In this document: in pieces, positions 18,842 through 28,792 of the stretch
Layout of the letters: each line of letters opens with the position of its first letter
How positions within the stretch are numbered: position 1 is the stretch's first letter
Source: Pirellulales bacterium
GTDB lineage: Bacteria > Planctomycetota > Planctomycetia > Pirellulales > JAICIG01
Length of the DNA: 64,000 nt
NCBI GenBank assembly: GCA_040901675.1
Contig: JBBDYJ010000026.1
Span: 1 to 64,000 of the forward strand
Direction: 5' to 3'
Translations under genes and position numbers: made by a program
The notes under the pieces: model-generated
Seen by the model: only the letters and a program-made list of their open reading frames with translations
Database searches by the model: none
Told to the model about the DNA's origin: nothing

Positions 18842-21049
18842 GTGCTGGCAATTTATCGGATCACGGTGTTTCTGAGTGCGGCGCTGCTGTTCATGATTCA
18901 GCCGATGTTCGCCCGGCTGGTGCTGCCGCTCTTGGGCGGCGCGCCGGTGGTGTGGAACACGTGCCTGGCTTTTTTTCAGACTGCCCTGCTGGCCGGCTAC
19001 GCTTACGCACATCTCAGCACCGCCTGGCTGGGCGTGAGACGGCAGGCCGCCGTGCACTGCCTGCTCCTGCTGGCTGGGCTGGCAGTGCTGCCGGTCGGCC
19101 TGCCCGAGGGCTGGGTTGCGCCGGCGGAGAGTCAGCCGGTCGTTTGGCTATTGGGGTTGCTGGCGGTTTCGGTGGGGCTGCCGTTCTTTCTCATCTCGTC
19201 CACCGCGCCGTTGGTGCAGAAATGGTTCGCCGAAGCCGGACACCGGTCATCGGGCGACCCGTACTTTCTCTATGCGGCCAGCAACTTGGGAAGCCTGCTC
19301 GGGTTGGCCAGCTACCCGCTCGTGATCGAGCCCAACTTTCGCCTTGGCCAGCAGTCGTGGCTCTGGACGGCCGGCTACCTGCTTCTCGTGCTGCTGGCTG
19401 CGGGCTGCGCATCGTTTCTGTTTCGCCGATCGACGCCCGTCGCAGCCGTGCCGGCGGGGCGGCCGGCCGAGCTGGCTCGAGAGCGGCCATCGTCGGCTGG
19501 ACTGCCAATGACCGCTCGCCGGCGGCTGCGCTGGCTGGCGCTGGCCGCGGTCCCCTCCGGTTGGCTGCTGGGCGTAACCACGTACCTGACAACCGACATC
19601 GCCGGAGTGCCGCTATTGTGGACCATTCCACTGGCAGCCTACCTTGCTTCGTTTATCCTCGTCTTCGCCCGCAGGCCGCCGCTTCCGCACCCCTGGATGG
19701 TTCGCCTGCTAGGCCCGATGCTCATGCTCGTCGCGGTCTCGGTCCTGATGTCGGTCGCGTGGCCGGTGCTGCTGGTTCACGTGGCGGCGTTCTTCGTAGG
19801 AGCCATCGTTTGTCACGGCGAATTGGCGCGGGACCGGCCCGATACTTCGCACCTGACCGAGTTCTACCTCTGGATGTCGACCGGCGGCGTTATCGGCGGC
19901 GTCTTCACGGCCCTGTTGGCGCCCAAGCTCTTTCCCTGGACGCTGGAGTACCCGCTGGCGATGGTCCTGGCCTGCCTGCTCTGCCCGGTTCCGGCCAACG
20001 AATCGGCGGCCACGCGCTGGATCAAGCTGGCCGCATTGTTGGTCGTAACGCTGGTGGTCGCCCTCTCGTCGGCCAGCATTCTGGAAACGGAACGCCCCGT
20101 CCACCTGGCGGCCGCCGTGGTCGCCGCGCTGCCCGTGCTTTGCCTCTTATACTTGATGAACCGGCCCAAATGGTTTGCCGTGGCGCTGGCCGTGCCTCTG
20201 GTGCTCGACGTAATAACGGCTCCATTTACCGGCGACGTCCTGTTTACCGGACGCAGTTACTTTGGCGTACACCGCGTCATGGCCAGCGCGCCCTCCGGAG
20301 AAACCTGGCACAGCCTGGTCCACGGTACGACGATCCACGGCCGGCAATCGCGCCACCCCGAGCGGCGGTGTGAGCCGTTGACGTACTACCATCGCACGGG
20401 GCCGCTCGGCCAGGTGTTCGAGATGCTGCAGCCGGCCGGCGACGTGCAGCGGGTGGCGGTAGTCGGGCTGGGAACCGGTTCGATCGCCTGTTATGGACAT
20501 GCCAAGAGAGAGTTCACGTTTTACGAGATCGATCCGATCATCAAGCGACTGGCCGAGACGCCCGAGTACTTCAGCTTTCTCTCGGATTGCGGCGCGCGCT
20601 ATCGAGTGGTGCTGGGAGACGGGCGCCTGAAAATATCCGAGGCACCGGACGGCTCGTATGGCTTGATCGTGCTGGACGCCTTCAGCTCGGACGCCATCCC
20701 CGTCCACTTGCTCACGCGCGAGGCGCTGGCCATGTACCTGGCAAAGCTGAGCTCGGAAGGCATCGTGCTGGTGCACACGTCGAACCGGCACGTCGATCTG
20801 GAGGGCGTGTTATCGACGCTGGTGCGCGAGGCAGGCCTGGCCGCACTCGTCCGCCGCGACCTGTTCCTCACCGACGAGGAGAGTAACGACGGAAAAACTA
20901 CCTCCGTTTACGTGGCCATTGCCCGCCATCGATCCGACCTGGCCAAGCTGGCCGACGATCCGCGCTGGGAGTCGACACACCACCGGCCGGGCGCCCGTCC
21001 CTGGACCGACGATTTTTCGGACCTCGTCGGCGCGCTGGACTGGTGGTAG
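18842..21049 (+). CDS. fused membrane domain / spermidine synthase-like SAM methyltransferase
   Basis: polytopic N-terminus (DPYFLYAASNLGS); HGTTIHG, VVGLGTG, YEIDP, GDGR, LDAFSSD, WTDDFS. Confidence 0.87.
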   Translation: MLAIYRITVFLSAALLFMIQPMFARLVLPLLGGAPVVWNTCLAFFQTALLAGYAYAHLSTAWLGVRRQAAVHCLLLLAGLAVLPVGLPEGWVAPAESQPVVWLLGLLAVSVGLPFFLISSTAPLVQKWFAEAGHRSSGDPYFLYAASNLGSLLGLASYPLVIEPNFRLGQQSWLWTAGYLLLVLLAAGCASFLFRRSTPVAAVPAGRPAELARERPSSAGLPMTARRRLRWLALAAVPSGWLLGVTTYLTTDIAGVPLLWTIPLAAYLASFILVFARRPPLPHPWMVRLLGPMLMLVAVSVLMSVAWPVLLVHVAAFFVGAIVCHGELARDRPDTSHLTEFYLWMSTGGVIGGVFTALLAPKLFPWTLEYPLAMVLACLLCPVPANESAATRWIKLAALLVVTLVVALSSASILETERPVHLAAAVVAALPVLCLLYLMNRPKWFAVALAVPLVLDVITAPFTGDVLFTGRSYFGVHRVMASAPSGETWHSLVHGTTIHGRQSRHPERRCEPLTYYHRTGPLGQVFEMLQPAGDVQRVAVVGLGTGSIACYGHAKREFTFYEIDPIIKRLAETPEYFSFLSDCGARYRVVLGDGRLKISEAPDGSYGLIVLDAFSSDAIPVHLLTREALAMYLAKLSSEGIVLVHTSNRHVDLEGVLSTLVREAGLAALVRRDLFLTDEESNDGKTTSVYVAIARHRSDLAKLADDPRWESTHHRPGARPWTDDFSDLVGALDWW

Positions 21050-21081
21050 ACCAGCCACCCGACCGTAGCCAATACCGACGG

Positions 21082-21136
21082 CACTGCTTCTTCCGCCTTC
21101 GGCGGACCGCGGCCGGCGTCCTCCAAGCAGTGGCAC
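21082..21136 (-). repeat. palindromic repeat family C (GTGCCACTGCTTGGAGGAC..AAGCAGTG) with inserted mini-hairpin
   Basis: homologous to 55439-55486; this copy contains CCGCCTTCGGCGG. Confidence 0.75.
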
Positions 21137-21147
21137 CTTGTACCCTT

Positions 21148-24100
21148 TCAAGGTGGAACCGGATTGTCGCTGAGCAAGTAAGCCAACAGGTCGGCCAGCT
21201 CTTGCGGAGTCTTCACTACGCCGCCGGGCATCGGCGAGATCTCCTGCAGCTCGCGGGCCTCGATCCGCCGCTTGTCGAGTATCTTCCGAGTGGCGTCGGG
21301 TAACAGCAGCTCCAGCTCGTCGTCCGTCTCGCGCACCACCAGGCCGGTGAGCGGCAACCCTTCGTCGGTCTCGATGCTGGTGGCGCGAAACAGCGGCGCC
21401 ACCTCCTTGCTGGGCAGCAGGATCGACTCGACCAGGTGAGGCACGGTGAAACGCCGGGCCGCGTCGGCCAGGCTGGGAGCGCCGGCGCCGGACTGCTGCG
21501 GCGTGACCGCATGACACTTCACGCAGCCCAGCGCGTCGGCGCCGAACAGCCTGCGGCCCCGGCCTGCGTCGCCCGTTTTGGCCGCGTTCGACCAGTCGAC
21601 TTGAAAGAACTCCTCCGGGATCGTTTGGCTGGCGTCGCCCGTTGCGCTCTTGAGCCGCTCGGCCAGCGTTTCGGATCCCAGCTTCTCCGGCAGCGCGACG
21701 CGCACGTCGCCGTCGGCCCGGAAGCCCAACGACAATTCGCGCATTCCGCCCACGGCCCCGTTTACTCGCACGACGAGGTCGTTGCTGCCCGGCTCGAGTT
21801 TCAACAGGAGCGCTGCCTCACCCTGGACCGGACGACCGTTGTGCCACGCCAAAACGCCGCCGGCCGACTCCGCGATCAGCATGCAGGGCTCGGGCCGGGC
21901 ACTTTCGAGCCGGCAATACAGGTACGAAACCTCTCCGCGAGGGCTGCCATTGCCTGCCTCGAGCAGAGCCGCCAGATCGTATCGCCCTTCGGCCGAGGCG
22001 GCCTTCCGCCACTCCAGAGTGCGGCCGCCGACTTCAGAGCCGGCCGATAGATCGACCGGACCTTCCTCAACCGGCCCGAGTCGATCCGGGCCGGAGCTAG
22101 GTTTGCCGGGCGGGGCCGCATCGAAGGGCCCGATCAGCCAGGCGGCGTCGATCGCCTGGTACGGCGCCGTCGCCAGCCGCTCCAGCGTGCCGCGCGAGCG
22201 GGCGCGGGGGATCAACGGTTCGCTGCGCGGGTCGTCGAGCAGGTACAGAAAATGGGCGGCCTGCAGGCGCACGGCCTCGGCTGGGTCGTCGAGCATGGCG
22301 AGCAGCAGCTCAAAGAGCCGCTCTTGCTCCGCCGTGCGGGGAATCGTCTTCCACTGCTCGGCGATAGTGAAGCTGCCCACGCGGCGGCCGTCGCGCAAGT
22401 CGATCCGAGCGTCGGCATAGTCGATCACGAACAAGGCGTTGGGCGAAAAATACTTCAACTCGAGCCCGGCCGGGACGGGACCGGTGGCCGGCGGCACGGT
22501 CAAGCGGCAGCCGGCGGCCAACACCCCCGCCAGCCGGCCCGACGCGTCGGGCGCATGGCAAAGCTCCGCCAGCCGTTCGATGCCGGCACGCTCGGCCAAC
22601 AGCGTCGTGGCAGTCTGACGCAGGTAGCTGTCGCTGCTGCGCGCCGCGGCGGAGTCGACCTCGTCGGGAAGCGGGCCCTCGAGCGAGAAGCAAGCGGCCA
22701 GCGCGGCCAACTGAACCGGCGGGCTGGGATCCGACAGCGCGCGAACGACGATCTTGCGCCGCGCGTTTTGATCGTCAGCGCTGGCGCCTGCTTTGTCTCC
22801 GGCCCGGTCGGCACGCTGCCACATTTCCGTAAGGGCCCGCACGGCCTGCAGCCGTATCTGGGGGCGCGGGTCTTCAGCCAGGCCGGCCAACAAGCCGGCA
22901 GCTTCCCTGGTGCCACTGGCGGCCGACAGCCAAGGCAGGTGCAGCCAGGCCGGGTCGTCCGGCGCAAGATTCTTGATCCGCGCCGACCCCCCGGCCAGCA
23001 AGCCGCCGCCTCGGCGCAGGATCTCCTGGTGGGCGGCGAGCCGCCTCGACCAGGCATCGTGCGATAGCTCCCGCCACAGCAGAGCTTCGTCGGCGCGAGT
23101 CGGGTCGCACGCTTCGAAGGGAGAACTCGGCGGGTCGGCGGCGGTGGTGATCATCACCAGGTCGCTGGGATACGTGGGCGAGCCTTCGTTCTGGGCCATG
23201 GACGAAATGGCGGCGAACACGCGTCCGCCGCGGCCGACGGCAACGCCCACCGGGCGGGCATTGCCCTGGCCCGACAGCAGTTGGTGCTCGCCGGCGCTCA
23301 GGCTGGCGCCGCGCGGCACGAGCGGATAGCGAGTCACCGACCGCAGGTCCCAGCGGGCCACCAGAAGGTTGTTGCGATACTCGGCCGGGAAAAACGGATC
23401 GTCGTAGTAGGCCTGGCCCACCGGCACGCCGCGGACCATGCCGTCGTAGACCGGCTCCAGCAGCTCGGCCCGCTCCGGCGTGATGCTGGGCATCCAGCCG
23501 CGCGGCCAATGGAAATCGGTGTGCGGCGTGACGTGCAACAGGCGGGCCGGCGAATAGCGGTGCGCCAGCGACTCGTGATCGTTGTCGTTGGTGAACAGGT
23601 TCCAATACCGATCGAACGCCAGGCCGTCGCTGCCGCGCGTTCCGCGGGCCAGGACTTCCAGGCCGCTGCCGTCGGGCCGGCAGCGAAACACGCCACCCGC
23701 GCCCGTGTACGGCGTCTCGGTGCCTTCCGGCTGGCTGTAAATGGTCCAATGCCCCCAATGGTCGGCCCGCTCGAAGTCTCCGTAGTTCAAGAGCGGATCG
23801 CCGGCGGCAAAATACAAATCTCCCTCGGGGCCCCAGGCCAGGCCGTGCATGGTCACGTGCAGATCCAAAGGCAATCCCCAGATCAGCCGCTTGGGCTCGA
23901 CCGGCGCTTCCGCGGTCCGGGCCTCCGCGAAAAGGTAGATGGCGCTGGCCGTCATCACGTACAGGTCGTTGCCGCGGATCTCGATGTCGGTGATCCAGGA
24001 GTGGGGCGGGAAGCGATAGAGCTCGCGGCGGGGCAAGTAGCCGCCGGCCGGATCAGGCTCGTAGACAAACAGGGCCTCGCGGCCGCCGGCGAAGAGCCGA

Positions 24101-25125
24101 CCCTCGCCGTCGACCCGCACGCTGAGGAACGACTCGCGGGCCGACCGGTCGAGCAAGACGACTTTCAACTCCGGATCGGCCGCCTGGTAGGTGGAGTCCT
24201 CGAGTTGCGGCAGGATCAACGTCTTGATCGGCGCCGTGGCATCGCCGGCCGGGGCATCGGGGGGCTGGACGGTCAGGTCGACCTTCGACACCCGCGACTC
24301 GACGCCGCCCGGCGGCACCTCGATCTTGGCCGTCCAGACCAGGGCGTTGAGCACCAGCTTGCGGAACTCGTCGACGCCCCAGTTGGAATGAAAATGCCCG
24401 CCCGTGAAGCCGAAGCCGCGCCCGCCGCCGGCCCGCTCCACGGCCCAGGCCACCACCTGCGGATGCTCCTCGCCGGGGATCGGCGTCGTGAGAATCGGCG
24501 TCAGCCGCTCGTCGTCCTTCCGGAAGCGGATGTTGTAGTAGTACTCTTCCTCCAGCTCGAACTTGCCCAGGCCGCGTGCGATCGGGTGGCTGGTGTTGGC
24601 CTGGGCCTGCGTGCGGTGGACGCCGATCCTCGAGAACCACTTGTTCGGCGCGCTGCCGTTTTCGTAATCGAAATAGCCGCCGATCCACTCCAGGAACTCA
24701 GGGCCGCCCCGCCGGCTGGGGACGAACACCGTGTAGTGGATCGCCACCAGCCCGACGCCCCGGGCCATCAGCTTTTCCATCGTCTTCAGCCGTTCGCCGC
24801 GCAGAAGTGGATGCGCCTGCCCGTCGCGGTCCGAGCCGTCGGAGAACAGAAAGATCGTGTCGGCCCGCTCCAGCACGGCCTCGTCGTCCGGCCAGCCGTC
24901 GAGATAGACCTCGGTCCGGATCTCCGGCAGGTTGGGGGCCGCCTCGAGGCAGGCCGCCAGCAGCCGCGCCCCTTTCTCGTACTCGTGGTGTCCCGGTCCG
25001 TGGCTCTTGGTGCCGGCGATCAGCACGATGGTCTTGGGTGCCGCGTCGGCCGGCTGGGCGCGGGCGACTGGAAGGCAGAAGCAGAAGAAGACAAAGGCCA
25101 AGCTTAGTCTCAGCAAACGCATCAC
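21148..25125 (-). CDS. ThuA-like domain + PVC-type beta-propeller/HEAT/heme c (CxxCH) dehydrogenase-like protein
   Basis: signal peptide; SHGPGHHEY and GRGFGFTGGHFH (ThuA-like); HGLAWGPEG propeller; HEAT repeats; CVKCH, ESILLPS, SPMP. Confidence 0.82.
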   Translation of the reverse strand: MMRLLRLSLAFVFFCFCLPVARAQPADAAPKTIVLIAGTKSHGPGHHEYEKGARLLAACLEAAPNLPEIRTEVYLDGWPDDEAVLERADTIFLFSDGSDRDGQAHPLLRGERLKTMEKLMARGVGLVAIHYTVFVPSRRGGPEFLEWIGGYFDYENGSAPNKWFSRIGVHRTQAQANTSHPIARGLGKFELEEEYYYNIRFRKDDERLTPILTTPIPGEEHPQVVAWAVERAGGGRGFGFTGGHFHSNWGVDEFRKLVLNALVWTAKIEVPPGGVESRVSKVDLTVQPPDAPAGDATAPIKTLILPQLEDSTYQAADPELKVVLLDRSARESFLSVRVDGEGRLFAGGREALFVYEPDPAGGYLPRRELYRFPPHSWITDIEIRGNDLYVMTASAIYLFAEARTAEAPVEPKRLIWGLPLDLHVTMHGLAWGPEGDLYFAAGDPLLNYGDFERADHWGHWTIYSQPEGTETPYTGAGGVFRCRPDGSGLEVLARGTRGSDGLAFDRYWNLFTNDNDHESLAHRYSPARLLHVTPHTDFHWPRGWMPSITPERAELLEPVYDGMVRGVPVGQAYYDDPFFPAEYRNNLLVARWDLRSVTRYPLVPRGASLSAGEHQLLSGQGNARPVGVAVGRGGRVFAAISSMAQNEGSPTYPSDLVMITTAADPPSSPFEACDPTRADEALLWRELSHDAWSRRLAAHQEILRRGGGLLAGGSARIKNLAPDDPAWLHLPWLSAASGTREAAGLLAGLAEDPRPQIRLQAVRALTEMWQRADRAGDKAGASADDQNARRKIVVRALSDPSPPVQLAALAACFSLEGPLPDEVDSAAARSSDSYLRQTATTLLAERAGIERLAELCHAPDASGRLAGVLAAGCRLTVPPATGPVPAGLELKYFSPNALFVIDYADARIDLRDGRRVGSFTIAEQWKTIPRTAEQERLFELLLAMLDDPAEAVRLQAAHFLYLLDDPRSEPLIPRARSRGTLERLATAPYQAIDAAWLIGPFDAAPPGKPSSGPDRLGPVEEGPVDLSAGSEVGGRTLEWRKAASAEGRYDLAALLEAGNGSPRGEVSYLYCRLESARPEPCMLIAESAGGVLAWHNGRPVQGEAALLLKLEPGSNDLVVRVNGAVGGMRELSLGFRADGDVRVALPEKLGSETLAERLKSATGDASQTIPEEFFQVDWSNAAKTGDAGRGRRLFGADALGCVKCHAVTPQQSGAGAPSLADAARRFTVPHLVESILLPSKEVAPLFRATSIETDEGLPLTGLVVRETDDELELLLPDATRKILDKRRIEARELQEISPMPGGVVKTPQELADLLAYLLSDNPVPP

Positions 25126-25148
25126 AAAGCACCTCCGAAGACTACAAG

Positions 25149-25217
25149 GTAGCAGAACTCGCCAGAGTTCTGGCAGAGCGAATCACGGCCGGAATTCTGG
25201 CGAATTCTACCCGCTAC
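25149..25217. repeat. GTAG REP doublet (REPIN-like)
   Basis: GTAGCAGAACTCGCCAGAGTTCTGG, spacer, inverted copy; the terminal GTAG overlaps the enolase TAG stop. Confidence 0.85.
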
Positions 25218-26329
25218 AGCGAGTAGCGCGTGACGGCGTCGGGATTGAGCTCGATGCCCAGGCCGGGCCCGGCCGGCACGCGGAGCATTCCATCGTCGTC
25301 CAGGGCAAAGGGCGTAGCAAGGATCTCCTCGATATACGGCACGCCCGTCTGGTACTCGACCCAGCGGGCCACCGGCATGGCCGCCGAGAGCGCCAGGTCG
25401 GCCGCCACGCCCACCGCGGTGTTCCAGCCGTGCGGAACCAAGAGCACGCCATGGTCGTAGGCCATCCAGGCCAGCCGCCGCCCCTCGCTCAGTCCGCCGC
25501 ACTTGGTCATGTCGGGCTGGATGATGTCAACGGCCCGCGACGTGATGAACGGTTGAAACGCCTGCCGCCGCGTGAGCACCTCGCCGGTGGCGATCAACAC
25601 CGGCGACGTCTGCTTGAGCTCCTTGAACCCTTCGACGTCGTCGGGCTTGAGCGCCTCCTCGAACCAGACCACGCCCCAGTCGCCCAGCATCCTGGCCGTC
25701 TCGCGGGCCCAGCCCACGCCGTGCGGCCAGAACTGCTCGCTCCCGCCGGCGTCGACCATCAGCTCCACCCCATCGCCCACCGTCTCGCGGGCCGTGCGGA
25801 CCAGGTGCTCGTCCAATTGCCGGCTGACGCGGCCGAAGGGCCGCCAGCCCATCTTGATGGCGCGAAAGCCGCGCTCGGCCTGCTCGGCCAGCAGCTCGGC
25901 CAGGCGGGGCGGATCGTCGAAGAGGATCGAGGCGTAGGGCTTGATGCGGTCGCGGTAGTTGCCCCCCAAGAGCCGCGACACGGGCTGGCCGAGCGCTTTG
26001 CCCGACAGGTCCCACAGCGCGATGTCGATGCCGCTGATCGTGTGCTCGACCGAGCCGCCCCGGCCTAGCCAGAACATGCTCTGCCGCATTTTTTCGCTGA
26101 CGCGTTCCGGCTCCAGGGCCGTCTCGCCGATCAAGAGCGGCTCCAGCACGCCCAGCGAGGCCCGCACCAGCGCCTGCGTGGTGTAGCAACTGCCGATGCC
26201 GGTCAGCCCCTCGTCGGTGCAGACTTCGACCAGCGTGTTGTATTGCACGTTGGGGTCGGTGCCGCCCGGCCAGCCATGGTCGTGCGTGCCGCCCCCCAGG
26301 GCGATCGTGCGTATTTCGGTGATCTTCAT
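25214..26329 (-). CDS. mandelate racemase-subgroup enolase superfamily enzyme
   Basis: MKITEI, ISGIDIALWDL, LMVDAG, WFEE, ATGE, IIQPD, PHGW; start moved to ATG 26329. Confidence 0.9.
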   Translation of the reverse strand: MKITEIRTIALGGGTHDHGWPGGTDPNVQYNTLVEVCTDEGLTGIGSCYTTQALVRASLGVLEPLLIGETALEPERVSEKMRQSMFWLGRGGSVEHTISGIDIALWDLSGKALGQPVSRLLGGNYRDRIKPYASILFDDPPRLAELLAEQAERGFRAIKMGWRPFGRVSRQLDEHLVRTARETVGDGVELMVDAGGSEQFWPHGVGWARETARMLGDWGVVWFEEALKPDDVEGFKELKQTSPVLIATGEVLTRRQAFQPFITSRAVDIIQPDMTKCGGLSEGRRLAWMAYDHGVLLVPHGWNTAVGVAADLALSAAMPVARWVEYQTGVPYIEEILATPFALDDDGMLRVPAGPGLGIELNPDAVTRYSL

Positions 26330-26343
26330 TCGGGTTTTTTTCC

Positions 26344-26441
26344 GTAGCTGAAGTCGCCAGACTTCAGGCCTCCTCACCTTCGCGCCCGGGATTCTAGCGA
26401 ATCCCGCCACCACCTCTGACCTCTGACTTCTGACCTCTGAC
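26344..26441. repeat. REP doublet followed by (C/T)TCTGAC x4
   Basis: GTAGCTGAAGTCGCCAGACTTCAGG (26344-26368), inverted REP 26386-26410, heptamers 26414-26441. Confidence 0.85.
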
Positions 26442-26554
26442 TTCCCGCCTCTTGCCGTTTGCGTTGCCCGCCTCGCTTGGGATACCATGGCCCGCGTGCC
26501 GGCAGCCATGCTAGTCGCCGCGGCCGCCTGGTTCAATCCAAAGGAAACGTTCAC

Positions 26555-27433
26555 ATGAGCACACGAGCCCGTACCGAATACCGCTACGAGAAGCTGACCT
26601 GGCCGGAGATCAACGACGCCATCGAGCTGGGCAAGGTCTGCGTGGTGCCGTGCGGGGCCGTCGAACAGCACGGGCCGCACTTGCCGCTGGACGTCGACCT
26701 GGTCTGTCCCACCGAGATCGCCCGCGGGGCGGGGCGCGCAGTGCCGGAGAAGATGCTGGTCCTGCCCACGGTGTGCTACGGCTACACCGGTCACGTGATG
26801 GATTTTCCCGGCACGATCAACAACGACTTCGAGCACTTCATCCACCACGTGCTCGACATCACCCGCTCGCTGGCCTATCACGGATTCAAGAAGATCGTGC
26901 TGCTCAACGGCCATGGCTCGAACATGCCCAACCTCGACCTGGTGGCCCGCCGCACCAACCTGGAGACCGACGCGCAGTGCGTCGTGGCCGCCTGGTGGCA
27001 GTTGCTCACCGTCGACAAGGAGTTTCTGCCCGGCTGGCGTCAGAGCAAGTTCCCCGGCGGCTGCGCCCATGCCTGCGAGCTGGAGACCTCGCTCTACATG
27101 TACCTGGACGGCGACAACGTGCGGACCGACCTGGTCAAGAGCGGCACGATCAGCTTCAACGAGGAAAACAACCCCTTCAACTGGGTCGACCTGTTCGCCG
27201 CCGGCCCGGCCGCCCTGATCTCCTGGACCAGCAGCTATACGGAGACCGGCGTCTTGGGCGAGGCCGAGCTGGCGACCGCCGAGAAGGGGCGCCAGGCGTA
27301 TGAAGAGGCCGTGAAGCAGCTTGTCCGGCTGGTGACGTATCTCAAGGACCGGCCTGCCGACGCCCGCCGCGACCGCCATCGCCAGCCCCCCACGATGCCC
27401 ATTCCCTGGAAGCAACGCCCCATCACGAAATAG
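26555..27433 (+). CDS. creatininase-family amidohydrolase
   Basis: LTWPE, GAVEQHGPHLPLDVD, FPGT, NGHGSN, HACELETS; AAGGA RBS. Confidence 0.92.
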   Translation: MSTRARTEYRYEKLTWPEINDAIELGKVCVVPCGAVEQHGPHLPLDVDLVCPTEIARGAGRAVPEKMLVLPTVCYGYTGHVMDFPGTINNDFEHFIHHVLDITRSLAYHGFKKIVLLNGHGSNMPNLDLVARRTNLETDAQCVVAAWWQLLTVDKEFLPGWRQSKFPGGCAHACELETSLYMYLDGDNVRTDLVKSGTISFNEENNPFNWVDLFAAGPAALISWTSSYTETGVLGEAELATAEKGRQAYEEAVKQLVRLVTYLKDRPADARRDRHRQPPTMPIPWKQRPITK

Positions 27434-27446
27434 CCGCGGGTTTTTT

Positions 27447-27579
27447 GTAGCGGGATTCGCCAGAATTCCGGCCGTGAAGACATGGATAAAGACCTGAAGT
27501 CTGGCGACTTCAGGTGCGGGCCACGTTGTCATCTGCCCTCTGACCTCCGACGTCCGACTTCTGACTTCTGACTTCTGAC
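27447..27579. repeat. REP doublet (inverted copy of the 26344 doublet) followed by TTCTGAC-type x6
   Basis: REPs at 27447-27471 and 27493-27517; heptamers 27538-27579 lie immediately before the TTG start. Confidence 0.85.
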
Positions 27580-27580
27580 T

Positions 27581-28699
27581 TTGTTAATCCAGGCCATCGA
27601 AACCTACCCGGTCCGCATCCCGCTCAAGCCAAAGCGGCGGATGATCACGGCCTTGGGCCAACACATCATCTCCGAGTACCTGCTGGTCCGCCTGCTGACG
27701 GACGACGGCCTGGAAGGGGTGGGCGAAGCGACCGTATCGCCGCGCTGGAGCGGAGAGACGGCCTGGGGCGCCCAAGCCATGATCGAGCGGGTGTTTGCGC
27801 CGGCCCTGCTGGGCCGCGATGCGGCGGACATCGAGGGGATCGACCGCGCGATGGAGCAGTTGGCGGCCCACAACTGGTTCGCCCGCTCGGCGATCGAGAT
27901 GGCCTGCTGGGACATCGTGGGCAAGGCGGCCGGCAAGCCGGTTTACGAGCTGCTGGGGGGCGCATGCCGGCCCTTGACCGTGCGCAGCCGCTTTTCGATG
28001 GGGGCCTACGATCCTGACCGCGCCCGGCGGCGGGCCCGCGAGCTGATCGAGGAGGGGTTTACCACGATCAAGGTCAAGGTGGGCGGCAAGCCGGAGGCCG
28101 ACATCGAGCGGGTCCGCATCGTGCGGCAAGAAATTGGGCCGGAAGCGGACCTGGTGATCGACGCCAACTGCGGCTGGTCGGCCGAGACGGCGATCGCCTG
28201 CGTGCGCGAGCTGGCCGATTGCCGGATCGGTCTGGTGGAGCAGCCAACCCCTGACGGCGACTACGAGGCGTTGGCCCGCGTCCGCCGCGAGATCGAGCCG
28301 GCGGTGATGGCCGACGACATCTGCTTCAACCTGGTCCACGCGCGGGAGCTGGTGCGCAACGGTTGCTGTGACGTGATCAGCCTCTATCCGGGAAAGAACG
28401 GCGGCATCGGCCGCAGCCGCGCCATCGCCGAGTTCGCCGCCGCGCACGGCGTGGCCTGTACGATCGGCTCGAACCTGGAGCTGGACGTGGCCACGGCCGC
28501 GATGGCCCACCTGGTCGTCGCCTGTCCGAACATGCAGGTGGAAAAATATCCCGGCGACATGCTCGGGCCGGACTACCACGAGTTTTGGATTGCCAAGGCG
28601 CCGCTGTCGATCGCCGGTCCGCTGACGACGATTACCGATCGAGCCGGGCTGGGGATCGAGGTCGACTGGGACGTGGTGCGGGCGCATGGTTGCGATTAG
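27581..28699 (+). CDS. muconate lactonizing enzyme-subgroup enolase superfamily enzyme
   Basis: GVGEA, AIEMACWD, TIKVKVG, DAN, EQP, GSNLE, GLGIEVD. Confidence 0.88.
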   Translation: MLIQAIETYPVRIPLKPKRRMITALGQHIISEYLLVRLLTDDGLEGVGEATVSPRWSGETAWGAQAMIERVFAPALLGRDAADIEGIDRAMEQLAAHNWFARSAIEMACWDIVGKAAGKPVYELLGGACRPLTVRSRFSMGAYDPDRARRRARELIEEGFTTIKVKVGGKPEADIERVRIVRQEIGPEADLVIDANCGWSAETAIACVRELADCRIGLVEQPTPDGDYEALARVRREIEPAVMADDICFNLVHARELVRNGCCDVISLYPGKNGGIGRSRAIAEFAAAHGVACTIGSNLELDVATAAMAHLVVACPNMQVEKYPGDMLGPDYHEFWIAKAPLSIAGPLTTITDRAGLGIEVDWDVVRAHGCD

Positions 28700-28759
28700 G
28701 TGAGGCATCGAGGGTGAGCGGATCGAACACGCCGACACCCGCGTCGGGTTGGTGTCGGC

Positions 28760-28792
28760 GTCGAGCGTGAGAAAGGACGGGGCCAGCGTCAC
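28760..28792 (-). pseudogene. N-terminal stub of a Doc/Fic toxin
   Basis: GTGA overlap with the antitoxin stop; MTLAPSFLTLD resembles the Doc start (PxFLTLDEV); no Fic motif follows. Confidence 0.5.

Noticed and set aside
26330..27532. N-terminal 400 aa of the 772-aa ORF 25214..27532
   Set aside because: Antisense shadow of the creatininase gene plus repeat-derived sequence; the enolase starts at 26329
27584..28759. 402-aa minus-strand ORF as a full toxin gene
   Set aside because: Only the first ~11 codons look Doc-like; the rest is antisense to the enolase and lacks the Fic HPFxxGN motif
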